In this document: positions 29,823 to 39,026 of the stretch, piece after piece
Numbering within the stretch: the stretch's first letter is position 1
Layout: each line of letters begins with the position of its first letter
Assembly: GCA_017628075.1 (NCBI GenBank)
Contig: JAGBZV010000052.1
Coordinates: forward strand, 1 to 45,039
Source of the DNA: Clostridia bacterium
Lineage (GTDB): Bacteria; Bacillota; Clostridia; Oscillospirales; CAG-272
Reading direction: 5' to 3'
Length of the DNA stretch: 45,039 nucleotides
Notes under the pieces: generated by a model
Seen by the model: the letters and a program-made list of their open reading frames with translations, nothing else
The model's database searches: none
Told to the model about the DNA's origin: nothing
Made by a program: the position numbers and the translations under genes

Positions 29823-30644
29823 ATGATTCTCAACGGAAAAACCGATATCGGCAAACGCCGGAAAAACAATCAGGACAGCTTCGTGATTCGCCTCTGGGAC
29901 GACGTCGGATGTGCGCTCGGTGTCGTCTGTGACGGCATGGGCGGTGCCAACGGCGGCAATATCGCCTCAGCGCTCGCCTGTGAGTATTTTGTAAATGCCG
30001 TGGAGAAGTTCGTGCGCTCCGAAAAGGTGGCGGGGGGTTCGGCAACGGAGGGCGATATTTCCTCCATGCTCGCACACGCGGTCGCCGGTGCAAATCAGAG
30101 CGTTTACCGGAGCACCGAGCAGGATCGCAGTCTGCGCGGAATGGGAACCACGCTCGTGGCCGCACTCGTCGTGCGCGACGTGCTGTACGCCGTCAACGTC
30201 GGTGACAGCAGACTCTATCTGTACAACAGAGGCCGATTGACACAGATCACGCGGGACCATTCGCTCGTTCAGTATCTCATGGATACGGGCAAGCTCACGA
30301 GCGAGGAGGCCAAGGACTATCCGAACCGGAACGTCATTACGCGTGCGGTTGGAATCGAGCGGAATATCGAGGCGGATATCTTTTCCGTCGATCTGTCCCG
30401 TCTTGGGGAGGATGCGTGTGCGCTGCTCTGCTCCGACGGCCTTTCCGGCTACGTAGAGCAGGCAGATATTCTGCAGCTGCTGTCCGAGGCACGGATCGGA
30501 AGTCCGGAATGCAACGGCGATGCGCTCGTCGATGCGCTCGTGGAGGCAGCAAACAACGCGGGCGGTGCGGATAACGTCACGGTTGTCCTGATGCGGCTTG
30601 GCAAGAATCAGAACGTGAACAGAGAGGGGACAGACAACGCATGA
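29823..30644 (+). CDS. stp: PP2C-family Ser/Thr phosphatase
   Basis: GKRRKNNQDSF, DGMGG and GGADNVT motifs. The stop overlaps the prkC start (ATGA). Confidence 0.92.
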   Translation: MILNGKTDIGKRRKNNQDSFVIRLWDDVGCALGVVCDGMGGANGGNIASALACEYFVNAVEKFVRSEKVAGGSATEGDISSMLAHAVAGANQSVYRSTEQDRSLRGMGTTLVAALVVRDVLYAVNVGDSRLYLYNRGRLTQITRDHSLVQYLMDTGKLTSEEAKDYPNRNVITRAVGIERNIEADIFSVDLSRLGEDACALLCSDGLSGYVEQADILQLLSEARIGSPECNGDALVDALVEAANNAGGADNVTVVLMRLGKNQNVNREGTDNA

Positions 30645-32425
30645 GCCTGGAGCAATTTGAAAAATACGTTGGCGTTGTGTTTGACAGACGCTATAAGATC
30701 AGCAAGATCATCGGTATTGGCGGCATGGCGGTCGTTTTTGAGGCGCACGATCTGCTGATGAACCGTACGGTTGCAGTCAAGATGCTCAAGGAGGAGATCA
30801 ACAACGACGTGCAGTCCGTCAAGCGGTTCATCAATGAATCCCGCGCCGTTGCAATGCTCAACCATCCCAATATAGTCAATATCTACGACGTTTCCGTAAA
30901 GGACGACGTCAAGTATATCGTCATGGAATATATCCATGGCATCACGCTCAAGAACTATATGAACCGCAAGGGCATCATCGGCTGGAGAGAGGCGCTGTCC
31001 TATATGGAGCAGATCCTCAAGGCGCTGGAGCACGCCCATGCAAAGGGAATCATTCACCGGGATATCAAGCCGCAGAATATCATGCTGCTCAAAAACGGCG
31101 TAATCAAGGTGACGGACTTCGGTATCGCAAAGCTCCCCAATACGGAAACCGTTACGATGACGGACAAGGCCATCGGAACGGTGTACTATATCAGCCCGGA
31201 GCAGGCGTCCGGAAGATTGATCGATCCGCGCTCCGATCTGTATTCGCTCGGCGCGATGCTGTACGAAATGGTTACGGGACAGCTTCCCTTTTACGCGGAA
31301 TCGTCGGTGTCTGTCGTCCTCATGCAGGTCAACGATAACCCCGTTCCGCCGACCGAGCTGAACCCCGGTCTTCCGCGCGGTCTGGAGCAGATCATTCTCT
31401 GCGCCATGGAGAAGGACGCACAAAACCGCTATCAGAGCGCCCAGGAGATGCTGCGCTGCGTTATGCAGCTCAGACAGCGGCCGGATACGGTGTTCCCGAC
31501 AAGACGGCGCGCCGAGGACGAGGAGGAGATCCTTGGTCCCGTCGGCCGGAAAAAGAAGGTCGCGCCGCCCCCCATCGCAAAAAAGCGGAAGAAGCGCCGC
31601 GGCAGCCGGTCGATGTTCCCGGTGATTCTGGGCGTTGCCGTGTCCTTTCTGATCGTGGTCGGCGTCGGTGCGTTCTATATGCTCGATAAAATGATCACAG
31701 CCGATGAAAACGCAGATTATCAGACCATTAAGGTGGAAAATTTCGTTGGTATGCTGTATTCTGAGGATTTGCTTTCCTCCATGGAATATGCGCAGTTCTA
31801 CGAGATTCGGATCGATACCGTGTACGATGCAGAGGCACCTGTCAATACCGTTATTGCACAGGAGCCGGCAGAGGGCGTTTCGAAAAAGGTATCCGAGCGG
31901 CACGGACAGAAGTGCGTCGTTACGCTGACCGTTTCGCGCGGCGCGGAAACCTTCAAGCTGGCGGATCTGACCAATCAGGATTACCGTCAGATGGAGCTGC
32001 TTCTGAAGCGCATGGGCCTGCGGTGTGAGATCATCCGCGAATATCACGATACGGCGATTGAGGGGCACGTCTATAAAATGGATCCGCCGGCCGGCGATAC
32101 GGTTTCGTCCGGTGATATGGTTACGCTGTACGTTTCCCTCGGTCAGAAGATTGAGTACGTTTCGGTCCCCAATTTCCTCGGCCTGACGCGCGAGGAGGCA
32201 ACCAGACTGCTTCTGGAAAACGATCTGGCACTCGGTAAGGTCATCTACGTCGTGTCTGACCAGGCCATCGGTACGGTCCTCGCACAGTCCAAGCCCGAGT
32301 TCACGAAGGTTCCAAAATCCGCAACGAAGATTGACTTTACGGTTTCCGGCGGCCCCAATTACGTTCCGCCGGGTACGGAGGAGGATACGGAGGAAGAAAG
32401 CGGCACGGAGGAAGGCGCACAGTGA
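30641..32425 (+). CDS. prkC: Ser/Thr protein kinase with TM segment and three PASTA repeats
   Basis: Hanks kinase motifs (GGMAVVF, HRDIKPQN, DFGIA, SPEQ), a TM helix (MFPVILGVAVSFLIVVGVGAF) and PASTA-like repeats. Confidence 0.95.
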   Translation: MSLEQFEKYVGVVFDRRYKISKIIGIGGMAVVFEAHDLLMNRTVAVKMLKEEINNDVQSVKRFINESRAVAMLNHPNIVNIYDVSVKDDVKYIVMEYIHGITLKNYMNRKGIIGWREALSYMEQILKALEHAHAKGIIHRDIKPQNIMLLKNGVIKVTDFGIAKLPNTETVTMTDKAIGTVYYISPEQASGRLIDPRSDLYSLGAMLYEMVTGQLPFYAESSVSVVLMQVNDNPVPPTELNPGLPRGLEQIILCAMEKDAQNRYQSAQEMLRCVMQLRQRPDTVFPTRRRAEDEEEILGPVGRKKKVAPPPIAKKRKKRRGSRSMFPVILGVAVSFLIVVGVGAFYMLDKMITADENADYQTIKVENFVGMLYSEDLLSSMEYAQFYEIRIDTVYDAEAPVNTVIAQEPAEGVSKKVSERHGQKCVVTLTVSRGAETFKLADLTNQDYRQMELLLKRMGLRCEIIREYHDTAIEGHVYKMDPPAGDTVSSGDMVTLYVSLGQKIEYVSVPNFLGLTREEATRLLLENDLALGKVIYVVSDQAIGTVLAQSKPEFTKVPKSATKIDFTVSGGPNYVPPGTEEDTEEESGTEEGAQ

Positions 32426-33381
32426 ATACCGTTTGGGACGGCATTATCGTGCGCGGTATCGGCGGCCTGTATACCGTGCGTGATGCAAGCGGACGGGAAA
32501 CGGATTGCCGTGCACGCGGAAATTTCCGTCATGAGGGAATGACGCCGCTGGTTGGTGACCGCGTGCGTGTCAGCGTGGATACGGAGGCGGCACGGGAATC
32601 GTCCGATACCCGCGGCGCACAGACGGGAGCCATGCTTGCCGAGATCCTTCCGCGCCGCAATGCGCTGATTCGTCCGGCAATGGCAAATCTTGACGTGATG
32701 TTCGTGACGGCGGCGGCACGCGATCCCGATCCCTCCCTGCGTTTTTTGGATAAGCTTTTGTGTATTTTAGAGGAAAACCGGATTGAGCCGGTCCTCGTCG
32801 TGACGAAGGCAGACCTCGATGCACACCGCGCCGCGCAGATGCGCACCAAGTACGAGCGGTGCGGCTTTACCGTCCTCGTTACGGAGGAGGGGGGCGCGGG
32901 CGATGCGGAGATTGCTGCGTACCTGCGCACCTTTGGCGACGAAACGACCGCGGCGTTCTGCGGCGCATCGGGTGTCGGCAAATCGACGCTCATGAACCGG
33001 CTGTTCGGACGTCTTGATCTGGAAACGGGTGTCATCAGCGAAAAGATTGCACGCGGAAAGCATACCACGCGCGACGTCAGGCTCTTTTCCCTGCCTGCCG
33101 TGACCGACGGGACGTACCGTGGCTTTCTTGCAGATACACCGGGCTTTTCCATGCTCGATTTCGTGCGGTTTGATTTCTTCTCCGTGGAGGCGCTGCCGTA
33201 TACGTTCAGAGAGTTTTTGCCCTATATCGGCCGCTGCCGGTATACCAAGTGCACCCATACCAAGGAGGACGGCTGTGCCATTCTCGATGCGGTAGCAGAG
33301 AAGGCGATTCCAAAATCCAGACATACCAGCTACTTGGAGATGTACGATGCGCTCAAGGATAAGCGGGATTGGGATAAATAA
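32422..33381 (+). CDS. rsgA: Ribosome small-subunit-dependent GTPase A
   Basis: Circularly permuted GTPase motifs (VVTKADL, GASGVGKST, DTPG) and a C-terminal Cys cluster (CRYTKCTHTKEDGC). GTG start overlaps the prkC stop (GTGA). Confidence 0.92.
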   Translation: MNTVWDGIIVRGIGGLYTVRDASGRETDCRARGNFRHEGMTPLVGDRVRVSVDTEAARESSDTRGAQTGAMLAEILPRRNALIRPAMANLDVMFVTAAARDPDPSLRFLDKLLCILEENRIEPVLVVTKADLDAHRAAQMRTKYERCGFTVLVTEEGGAGDAEIAAYLRTFGDETTAAFCGASGVGKSTLMNRLFGRLDLETGVISEKIARGKHTTRDVRLFSLPAVTDGTYRGFLADTPGFSMLDFVRFDFFSVEALPYTFREFLPYIGRCRYTKCTHTKEDGCAILDAVAEKAIPKSRHTSYLEMYDALKDKRDWDK

Positions 33382-33383
33382 AC

Positions 33384-33431
33384 AAAAAACGAGGGTGCTG
33401 CAGGCTTTGACTTGCAGCACCCTCGTTTTTT
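33384..33431. terminator. Bidirectional intrinsic terminator (rsgA / LRR gene)
   Basis: A stem of at least 14 bp, ACGAGGGTGCTGCA / TGCAGCACCCTCGT, flanked by an A6 run upstream and a T6 run downstream. Confidence 0.88.
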
Positions 33432-33456
33432 GGGATGCGGTATTCAGACGGTGGGA

Positions 33457-34425
33457 TTATTGCGCTCCGCCAAAGATGATCTGCGCATCGGCAAGCGCCT
33501 CGTTGCCCGCCGCGATCTCAATTGCGTCCCATTGCTCCTTGGTGCCTGCAAACCGGACGGTTTTGAGTGCGTCGCAGGAAATGAAGGCGTTTTCTCCGAT
33601 GAAGGTCAGCGAGGCAGGCAGTGATACGGTCGTGAGCTCAACACATTCGGAAAACGTAAAGGACTCCAGCCTCGTCAGTCCGCTGCACGCGGAAAGATCG
33701 GCAGACGTCAGGGAGTAGCAGTTGTTGAAGGCGCGAAGACCGATCTCTCTGACACCTGCGGGAAGTACCACTGACGTCAGCTCGTAGCAGTTGATGAAAG
33801 CACGCTGCGAGATGACCTGCAGCGATGCGGGAAGCGTGACGGATGCAAGCGCCTCCGCGTTGTAAAAGCAGCTTTCCGGGATCACGGTGACCTTGTCGGG
33901 CAGGACCACGGAGGTCAGCTTGTCCGCGTTGAGAAAGGCCTTATTCTCGATTGACGTAACGAGGATCCCGTCAAGCACGTCGGGAATGAGGAGCGTCCCT
34001 GCGTTGGGAAGCCGGTCCCAGACGTTCTCGTAGCGGGTGTTGTCAAAGGAAACGCAGCCGTCCCCTGTCACGGAAATCCACGGCATTGCCTCGGAGGTGT
34101 AGAACAGCGCGTTTTCCTTTCCGGCAAGCTGATTGGCAAACAGCTGCTTTGCACGCGCAAGCTGATCCACAGCATCCTTGTAGTCGCCGGCGGCGCTCAG
34201 ACACTCCATCGCCTCGGCATACCGCCCCTGCTGCATTGCCTCGATGCCGTTTTTGTAATTGGAGGACGGCATGAAGATGCGCGTGGAGAGCATATTGATG
34301 ATAAAAACGGCAGAAAGCGCGATGACGGCGATGACAGCAAGACGGATGGCGCGGTCAATGCGGTCTGCCTCCTGCGGCGTGTTCGTTTTTTGCGGATTCG
34401 GGGCGTTGTTTACGGAAAAAAGCAT
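33457..34425 (-). CDS. Membrane-anchored BspA-type leucine-rich-repeat protein
   Basis: N-terminal TM helix (LAVIAVIALSAVFIINML), a TPR-like helix pair, then about six repeats of roughly 23 residues (IxxxAFxxCxxLTSVxLPxxL). AAGGAG SD precedes ATG at 34425. Confidence 0.8.
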   Translation of the reverse strand: MLFSVNNAPNPQKTNTPQEADRIDRAIRLAVIAVIALSAVFIINMLSTRIFMPSSNYKNGIEAMQQGRYAEAMECLSAAGDYKDAVDQLARAKQLFANQLAGKENALFYTSEAMPWISVTGDGCVSFDNTRYENVWDRLPNAGTLLIPDVLDGILVTSIENKAFLNADKLTSVVLPDKVTVIPESCFYNAEALASVTLPASLQVISQRAFINCYELTSVVLPAGVREIGLRAFNNCYSLTSADLSACSGLTRLESFTFSECVELTTVSLPASLTFIGENAFISCDALKTVRFAGTKEQWDAIEIAAGNEALADAQIIFGGAQ

Positions 34426-34459
34426 AGTGGGCTCCTTCGTTGTATCTTGGTTTTTCTTT

Positions 34460-34488
34460 ATTGTATCACAAAACGGCGAAAACGGCAA
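34460..34488 (-). promoter_or_regulatory. Candidate promoter of the LRR gene
   Basis: Minus strand: -35 TTGCCG (34488-34483), 17-nt spacer, extended -10 TGaTACAAT (34468-34460). Confidence 0.45.
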
Positions 34489-34558
34489 GTACTTTCACCG
34501 AATTATCAGATTCGCAGAGGGGAAATCGTTACGATTCCGTGACTTTTTTCCGATTGCC

Positions 34559-34587
34559 TTGACAAAGTGCCGGAGTTGGAGTATACT
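34559..34587 (+). promoter_or_regulatory. rlmH promoter
   Basis: -35 TTGACA at 34559-34564, 17-nt spacer, -10 TATACT at 34582-34587. Confidence 0.6.
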
Positions 34588-34656
34588 ATATATATTATAA
34601 AGGAAAGATCGCCTGACCGGTGCGTGCTCCGGAAATGGGCAGAGGGAGGGCACGCC

Positions 34657-35139
34657 GTGCTGAATATTACCGTCCTGTCCGTGGGGACCATCAAGGAAAA
34701 ATACCTGTCGGATGCGATAAAGGAATACGTCAAGCGCCTTGGCGCGTACGCAAACGTGACGGAGCTTCAGATCAAGGACGAGTACCTGCCGGAGCATCCG
34801 TCCCCCGCACAGATCACGGCGGCCGTTGAGCGGGAGGGCACACGCATCCTCGATGCGATCCCCCGGCGCGCGTACGTCTGCGCACTCTGCATTGAGGGCA
34901 AGTCCTGCTCCTCCGAGCAATTTGCACGGCGGCTGGACGAGATCGCCACGAGCGGCTACTCCGACGTCGTATTTATCATCGGCGGCTCCGACGGGCTGTC
35001 GGGCGCAGTCAAGGCACGCGCCGATTGGCGGCTGTCCTTCTCTCCGATGACCTTTCCGCACCAGCTCATGCGTGTCATTCTCTGTGAACAGCTCTACCGC
35101 GCCATGAATATTCTCGGCGGCGGGAAGTATCATAAGTGA
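34657..35139 (+). CDS. rlmH: 23S rRNA (pseudouridine1915-N3)-methyltransferase RlmH
   Basis: SPOUT fold motifs (ITVLSVGTIKEKY..., FIIGGSDGLS, MTFPHQLMRVIL.EQLYRA). GTG at 34657 lies 6-7 nt after GAGGGAGGG. Confidence 0.88.
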   Translation: MLNITVLSVGTIKEKYLSDAIKEYVKRLGAYANVTELQIKDEYLPEHPSPAQITAAVEREGTRILDAIPRRAYVCALCIEGKSCSSEQFARRLDEIATSGYSDVVFIIGGSDGLSGAVKARADWRLSFSPMTFPHQLMRVILCEQLYRAMNILGGGKYHK

Positions 35140-35194
35140 CGGTCCGGCGGCTTGCCGCGGACGCAAAAATGCCATCCAACGAAAGGAATTCTGC

Positions 35195-36835
35195 ATGAAA
35201 AATCGCCATCTTCATTTTATCGGAACACAGGCCGTCCGTCTTGTTGCCCTTGCGCTGCTGCTTGCGCTGACAGCGGCTTCTGCGATGTATCTGCGCGGAT
35301 ATTTTGACCTGACGTTTATCGACCGCGTGCCGATTGGCTCGTCTGGCGGCGATGATACGGTCGAAACCGAGGATTCCGACGACAGCACACCGCCGCCCGA
35401 TACAGACGTCCCCGGAACGGATACGGAGCAGGGCGGGACGGATACCGGGATCACGCCCGATGATCCGCCCGTTACAAATCCGCCCGACACGGAGGAGGTT
35501 ACGGCATCCTCTGTGATCGCCGCGCTGAAAAAGGCGCGGGCGCTCATTTCCGCAGGCTATACGAATCAGACCGCCGGCATTTATACGGAAGGAAAAACGG
35601 TGCTTGCCAACCTTGGAATCTCCGGCTTTGGACCGTCGTTTTCCTATTCCAGCTACGACGCCCGTTCCGTCGTTACCACCGAGTACGAGCGCGGCTGCTT
35701 TTATACCGAGGAGGTCTTCGTTTCAACGAAGCGCCCCGCGGTGCTTCTGCGCAACGGATATATTATCCGTGACGTCAACGGCAAGCTGTCGCTTCTGAAT
35801 CCCAACGGCACGACGGTCCTCTCCGACTATAATGAGGACGAATTCGTGCTCACGGAGCTGCGCGACAAAAACGGCAAGCCGCTGTTTGCTGTCATCGACC
35901 GCGTCATCCGCGAGGTAGAGATTCCCATTATGCAGAAGAACGAGTTTACCGGACGGCTTGAGGAATCCGGCGAGTTCCTTCCGGATAAGGAAAAGCGGGA
36001 GTTCCTCGTTTATACCTATTATACGCTGTCCGAGGATGGCAAGTGGGTTCTCTCCGACTATACGGACGAGCGCCCCCACGCGCTCTCCGACGTGGGACTG
36101 TCCTTCGATGCGCCGCTGGATTACGGTGAGAGTGACTGCGATATCGTTCGCTATTACGAATACGGCTCGTGGGGATATAAGAACGCAAAAACCGGGCGCG
36201 TGCTCATCTATCCGCGATACGTCGCGGCGTACAATTTCCACGACGGCTATGCCGTGGCGTTTGACTGGTATAAAATGTATTTCATCAACGAGCAGGGTGA
36301 GGTCGTTTATTCGGTCAACTACCAGAAGCCCGAGGTCTTTGCAACCTACGACGAGGTCACCTTGCCCGATACGAACGGCATCGAGGCGATCGGTACGTAT
36401 TATTTCAGCCACGGCCTGACACGCATCCGCTTCCGCGAGAATCTGGAGACCTACCAGACGTGGTACTATATCAAGTCCGACGACCGCTCCGTGCTGTACG
36501 ATATCAGAGGAAACGAGTATCCGCTGCCGTTCGGCTATACGCTGGAGGGATATTCTGACGGCGTGATGCTTCTGCGCAACAGAGAAACGGGCCTCTACGG
36601 CTATATGAATTATAAGAATGAGTGGATCCTTCAGCCGGAGTATTCCTACGCAACGCCGTTCATTTCCGGCCTTGCTGCCGTCGGTGATGCCAACGGATAC
36701 AAGGGCATGATCGACACGGAAGGACGCTGGGTGCTTCCGCAGGTGTTTACGCACGTGTCCGCGCCCTCCTGCGGCATGGTTGCACTCTACGAAAAGTCCG
36801 TCGGCTGGCAGGTTTTGCGCATGATGAGCAAATAA
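35195..36835 (+). CDS. Membrane-anchored WG-repeat (KWG-type) protein with Thr/Asp/Pro-rich linker
   Basis: N-terminal TM helix, the low-complexity linker DDTVETEDSDDSTPPPDTDVPGTDTEQGGTDTG, then repeated xGxWGYxNxxGxxxIxPxY-like units (SWGYKNAKTGRVLIYPRY, LYGYMNYKNEWILQPEY, YKGMIDTEGRWVLPQVF). Confidence 0.75.
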   Translation: MKNRHLHFIGTQAVRLVALALLLALTAASAMYLRGYFDLTFIDRVPIGSSGGDDTVETEDSDDSTPPPDTDVPGTDTEQGGTDTGITPDDPPVTNPPDTEEVTASSVIAALKKARALISAGYTNQTAGIYTEGKTVLANLGISGFGPSFSYSSYDARSVVTTEYERGCFYTEEVFVSTKRPAVLLRNGYIIRDVNGKLSLLNPNGTTVLSDYNEDEFVLTELRDKNGKPLFAVIDRVIREVEIPIMQKNEFTGRLEESGEFLPDKEKREFLVYTYYTLSEDGKWVLSDYTDERPHALSDVGLSFDAPLDYGESDCDIVRYYEYGSWGYKNAKTGRVLIYPRYVAAYNFHDGYAVAFDWYKMYFINEQGEVVYSVNYQKPEVFATYDEVTLPDTNGIEAIGTYYFSHGLTRIRFRENLETYQTWYYIKSDDRSVLYDIRGNEYPLPFGYTLEGYSDGVMLLRNRETGLYGYMNYKNEWILQPEYSYATPFISGLAAVGDANGYKGMIDTEGRWVLPQVFTHVSAPSCGMVALYEKSVGWQVLRMMSK

Positions 36836-36892
36836 ATGCCGGGCAAAGCCGGAGTCCCCGGCACATACATATCATTTAAGGAACGAGTTTTC

Positions 36893-38824
36893 ATGAGAAC
36901 CTATCAGGCAGGAGTGGCTGACGTTGCCGTTGTCGGTGCGGGCCATGCAGGCATCGAGGCCGCGCTCGCGTGTGCGAGGCTCGGTCTTGATACCGTGCTT
37001 TTTACGATAAATTTGGATGCGGTTGGCAATATGCCATGCAATCCGTCCATCGGCGGAACGGGCAAGGGACACCTTGTGTATGAGATCGATGCGCTGGGCG
37101 GAGAAATGGGCTATGCCGCAGACCGTGTGACGATCCAGAGCCGCACGCTGAATCTCGGAAAGGGACCTGCGGTCCATTCCAAGCGCGTGCAGGCAGACAG
37201 GCAGGCGTACCGCACGCTGATGAAGCAGACCGTCGAGCAGACGCCGAATCTGACGATGATACAGGCGGAGATCGTTGATTTCGGATGCGAGCAGGACGAG
37301 GCGGGGCGCCGGCGCGTAACCTCCGTCACCACCAAGTACGGTGCGGTGTGGGAGGTGCAGGCGGCGATCCTCTGTGCAGGGACCTTTCTGCGCGGAGAGG
37401 TGATCGTCGGTGAGGTGTCCTTCCCATCCGGTCCGGACGGAATGCTTCCGGCAAACGAGCTGACCTCCGCGCTTTCGCGTGAGGGCGTGCGCGTGATGCG
37501 CTTCAAAACGGGAACGCCGGCGCGTGTTCTGCGATCCTCCATTGATTATGAGGGGCTTGAGGTGCAGACGGGCGAGACGGATACGGAGCCGTTTTCCGTG
37601 AGAACGGACGGGGATGCGTATCGCGCCCTTCCGCAGACGGAATGTCACGTCGTGTATACCAATGAACAGACGCACGAGATCATCCGTGCGAATCTTGACC
37701 GCAGCCCCATCTATGCGGGCCGCATCCACGGCGTTGGGCCGCGGTACTGCCCGTCTATTGAGGATAAGGTCGTGCGCTTCTCCGATAAGCCGCGCCACCA
37801 GCTATTTCTTGAGCCGATGGGATGGCAGACGGAGGAGATCTACGTGCAGGGCTTTTCCTCCTCCATGCCGGAGGAGGTTCAGCGACAGATGCTGGCATCG
37901 CTTCCCGGTATGGCACACGCAAAAATGATGCGTACGGCGTACGCCATCGAATACGACTGCATTGATCCGACACAGCTTGCACCGACGCTGGAGTTCAAGG
38001 AGATCTCCGGTCTTTACGGCGCAGGTCAGTTCAACGGTACCTCCGGCTACGAGGAGGCCGCGGCGCAGGGAATCGTTGCGGGCATCAACGCCGCACAGAA
38101 GATTCTCGGCCGCAAGCCGCTGATTTTGACGCGCGAAACGTCGTACATCGGAATGTTGATCGACGACCTTGTGACCAAGGGAACGAATGAGCCGTATCGA
38201 GTCATGACGAGCCGATCGGAGTACCGCCTGCTTTTGCGGCAGGACAACGCCGACGCACGCTTGACACCGATCGGTTACGAGATTGGCCTTGTGGGAGAGG
38301 AGCGCTATCGGGCGTTTTTGGAAAAGCAGGAGGCCATCCGTGCAGAGATCCTGCGTGCAAAATCCACGTCCCTCCCGCCAACGGATGCACTTCGGCGTAT
38401 CTGTGAGGAGCGCGGCACACCCGCGCCGACGACAGGCGTGCGATTGCACGAGCTGCTGCGCCGTCCGCAGCTGGACTACGCCGTGCTTGCCCCGGTGGAT
38501 ACGACGCGCCCGCCCCTTCCGCGTGCCGTGCTGGAGAGGGCGCAGATAGAAATCAAGTACGAGGGCTATATTGCGCGCGAGATGGCGGAGGTCGAAAAAT
38601 TCCGCCGTCTTGAGAACACGCTGCTGCCGCACGATGCCGACTATTTATCGATCCGCGGGATCCGTATTGAGGCGGCGCAGAAGCTGCAGCGGATCCGTCC
38701 GGAAAGCATCGGACAGGCATCCCGCATATCCGGAATCAGCCCGGCGGACATTTCCGTTCTGCTCATTTGGCTGAAAACGAAAACGAAGACGGATACAGAA
38801 GCAGATACGTCCGAGCCGCAGTAA
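36893..38824 (+). CDS. mnmG: tRNA uridine-5-carboxymethylaminomethyl modification enzyme MnmG (GidA)
   Basis: FAD motif [12 protein letters not shown], then [11 protein letters not shown] and [20 protein letters not shown] at 36893 follows AAGGAA. Confidence 0.95.
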   Translation: MRTYQAGVADVAVVGAGHAGIEAALACARLGLDTVLFTINLDAVGNMPCNPSIGGTGKGHLVYEIDALGGEMGYAADRVTIQSRTLNLGKGPAVHSKRVQADRQAYRTLMKQTVEQTPNLTMIQAEIVDFGCEQDEAGRRRVTSVTTKYGAVWEVQAAILCAGTFLRGEVIVGEVSFPSGPDGMLPANELTSALSREGVRVMRFKTGTPARVLRSSIDYEGLEVQTGETDTEPFSVRTDGDAYRALPQTECHVVYTNEQTHEIIRANLDRSPIYAGRIHGVGPRYCPSIEDKVVRFSDKPRHQLFLEPMGWQTEEIYVQGFSSSMPEEVQRQMLASLPGMAHAKMMRTAYAIEYDCIDPTQLAPTLEFKEISGLYGAGQFNGTSGYEEAAAQGIVAGINAAQKILGRKPLILTRETSYIGMLIDDLVTKGTNEPYRVMTSRSEYRLLLRQDNADARLTPIGYEIGLVGEERYRAFLEKQEAIRAEILRAKSTSLPPTDALRRICEERGTPAPTTGVRLHELLRRPQLDYAVLAPVDTTRPPLPRAVLERAQIEIKYEGYIAREMAEVEKFRRLENTLLPHDADYLSIRGIRIEAAQKLQRIRPESIGQASRISGISPADISVLLIWLKTKTKTDTEADTSEPQ

Positions 38825-38846
38825 ACGCGCCCGCGGTGAAACCGGT

Positions 38847-38887
38847 CCGGGATGGGGGAGATCCCCGTCCCGGGCCCTGCTTTTTTT
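38847..38887 (+). terminator. Intrinsic terminator after mnmG
   Basis: Hairpin CCGGGAtGGGG / CCCCgTCCCGG followed by GCCCTGC and a T7 run. Confidence 0.75.
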
Positions 38888-38935
38888 CGGACGGCAGGCT
38901 TTGGCGGATTTCTCACAGAAAAATGCGGAAAGAGG

Positions 38936-38964
38936 TTGACAGGGCGGGCAGTTCATGATACAAT
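38936..38964 (+). promoter_or_regulatory. Promoter of the MFS-GDPD pair
   Basis: -35 TTGACA at 38936-38941, 17-nt spacer, extended -10 TGaTACAAT at 38956-38964. Confidence 0.6.
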
Positions 38965-39026
38965 GTGGATAAGACGCCTCGGGGTATGACGCTCCGCGGC
39001 AGAACGAATCGAAAAGGAGATCCCTC

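Noticed and set aside
34510-34550. Small hairpin GAAATCG-tta-CGATTcC followed by GTGAC and a T6 run in the LRR/rlmH divergent spacer, considered as an sRNA terminator.
   Set aside because: There is no upstream plus-strand promoter or gene to terminate. The stem is short and imperfect, and it sits just upstream of the rlmH -35.
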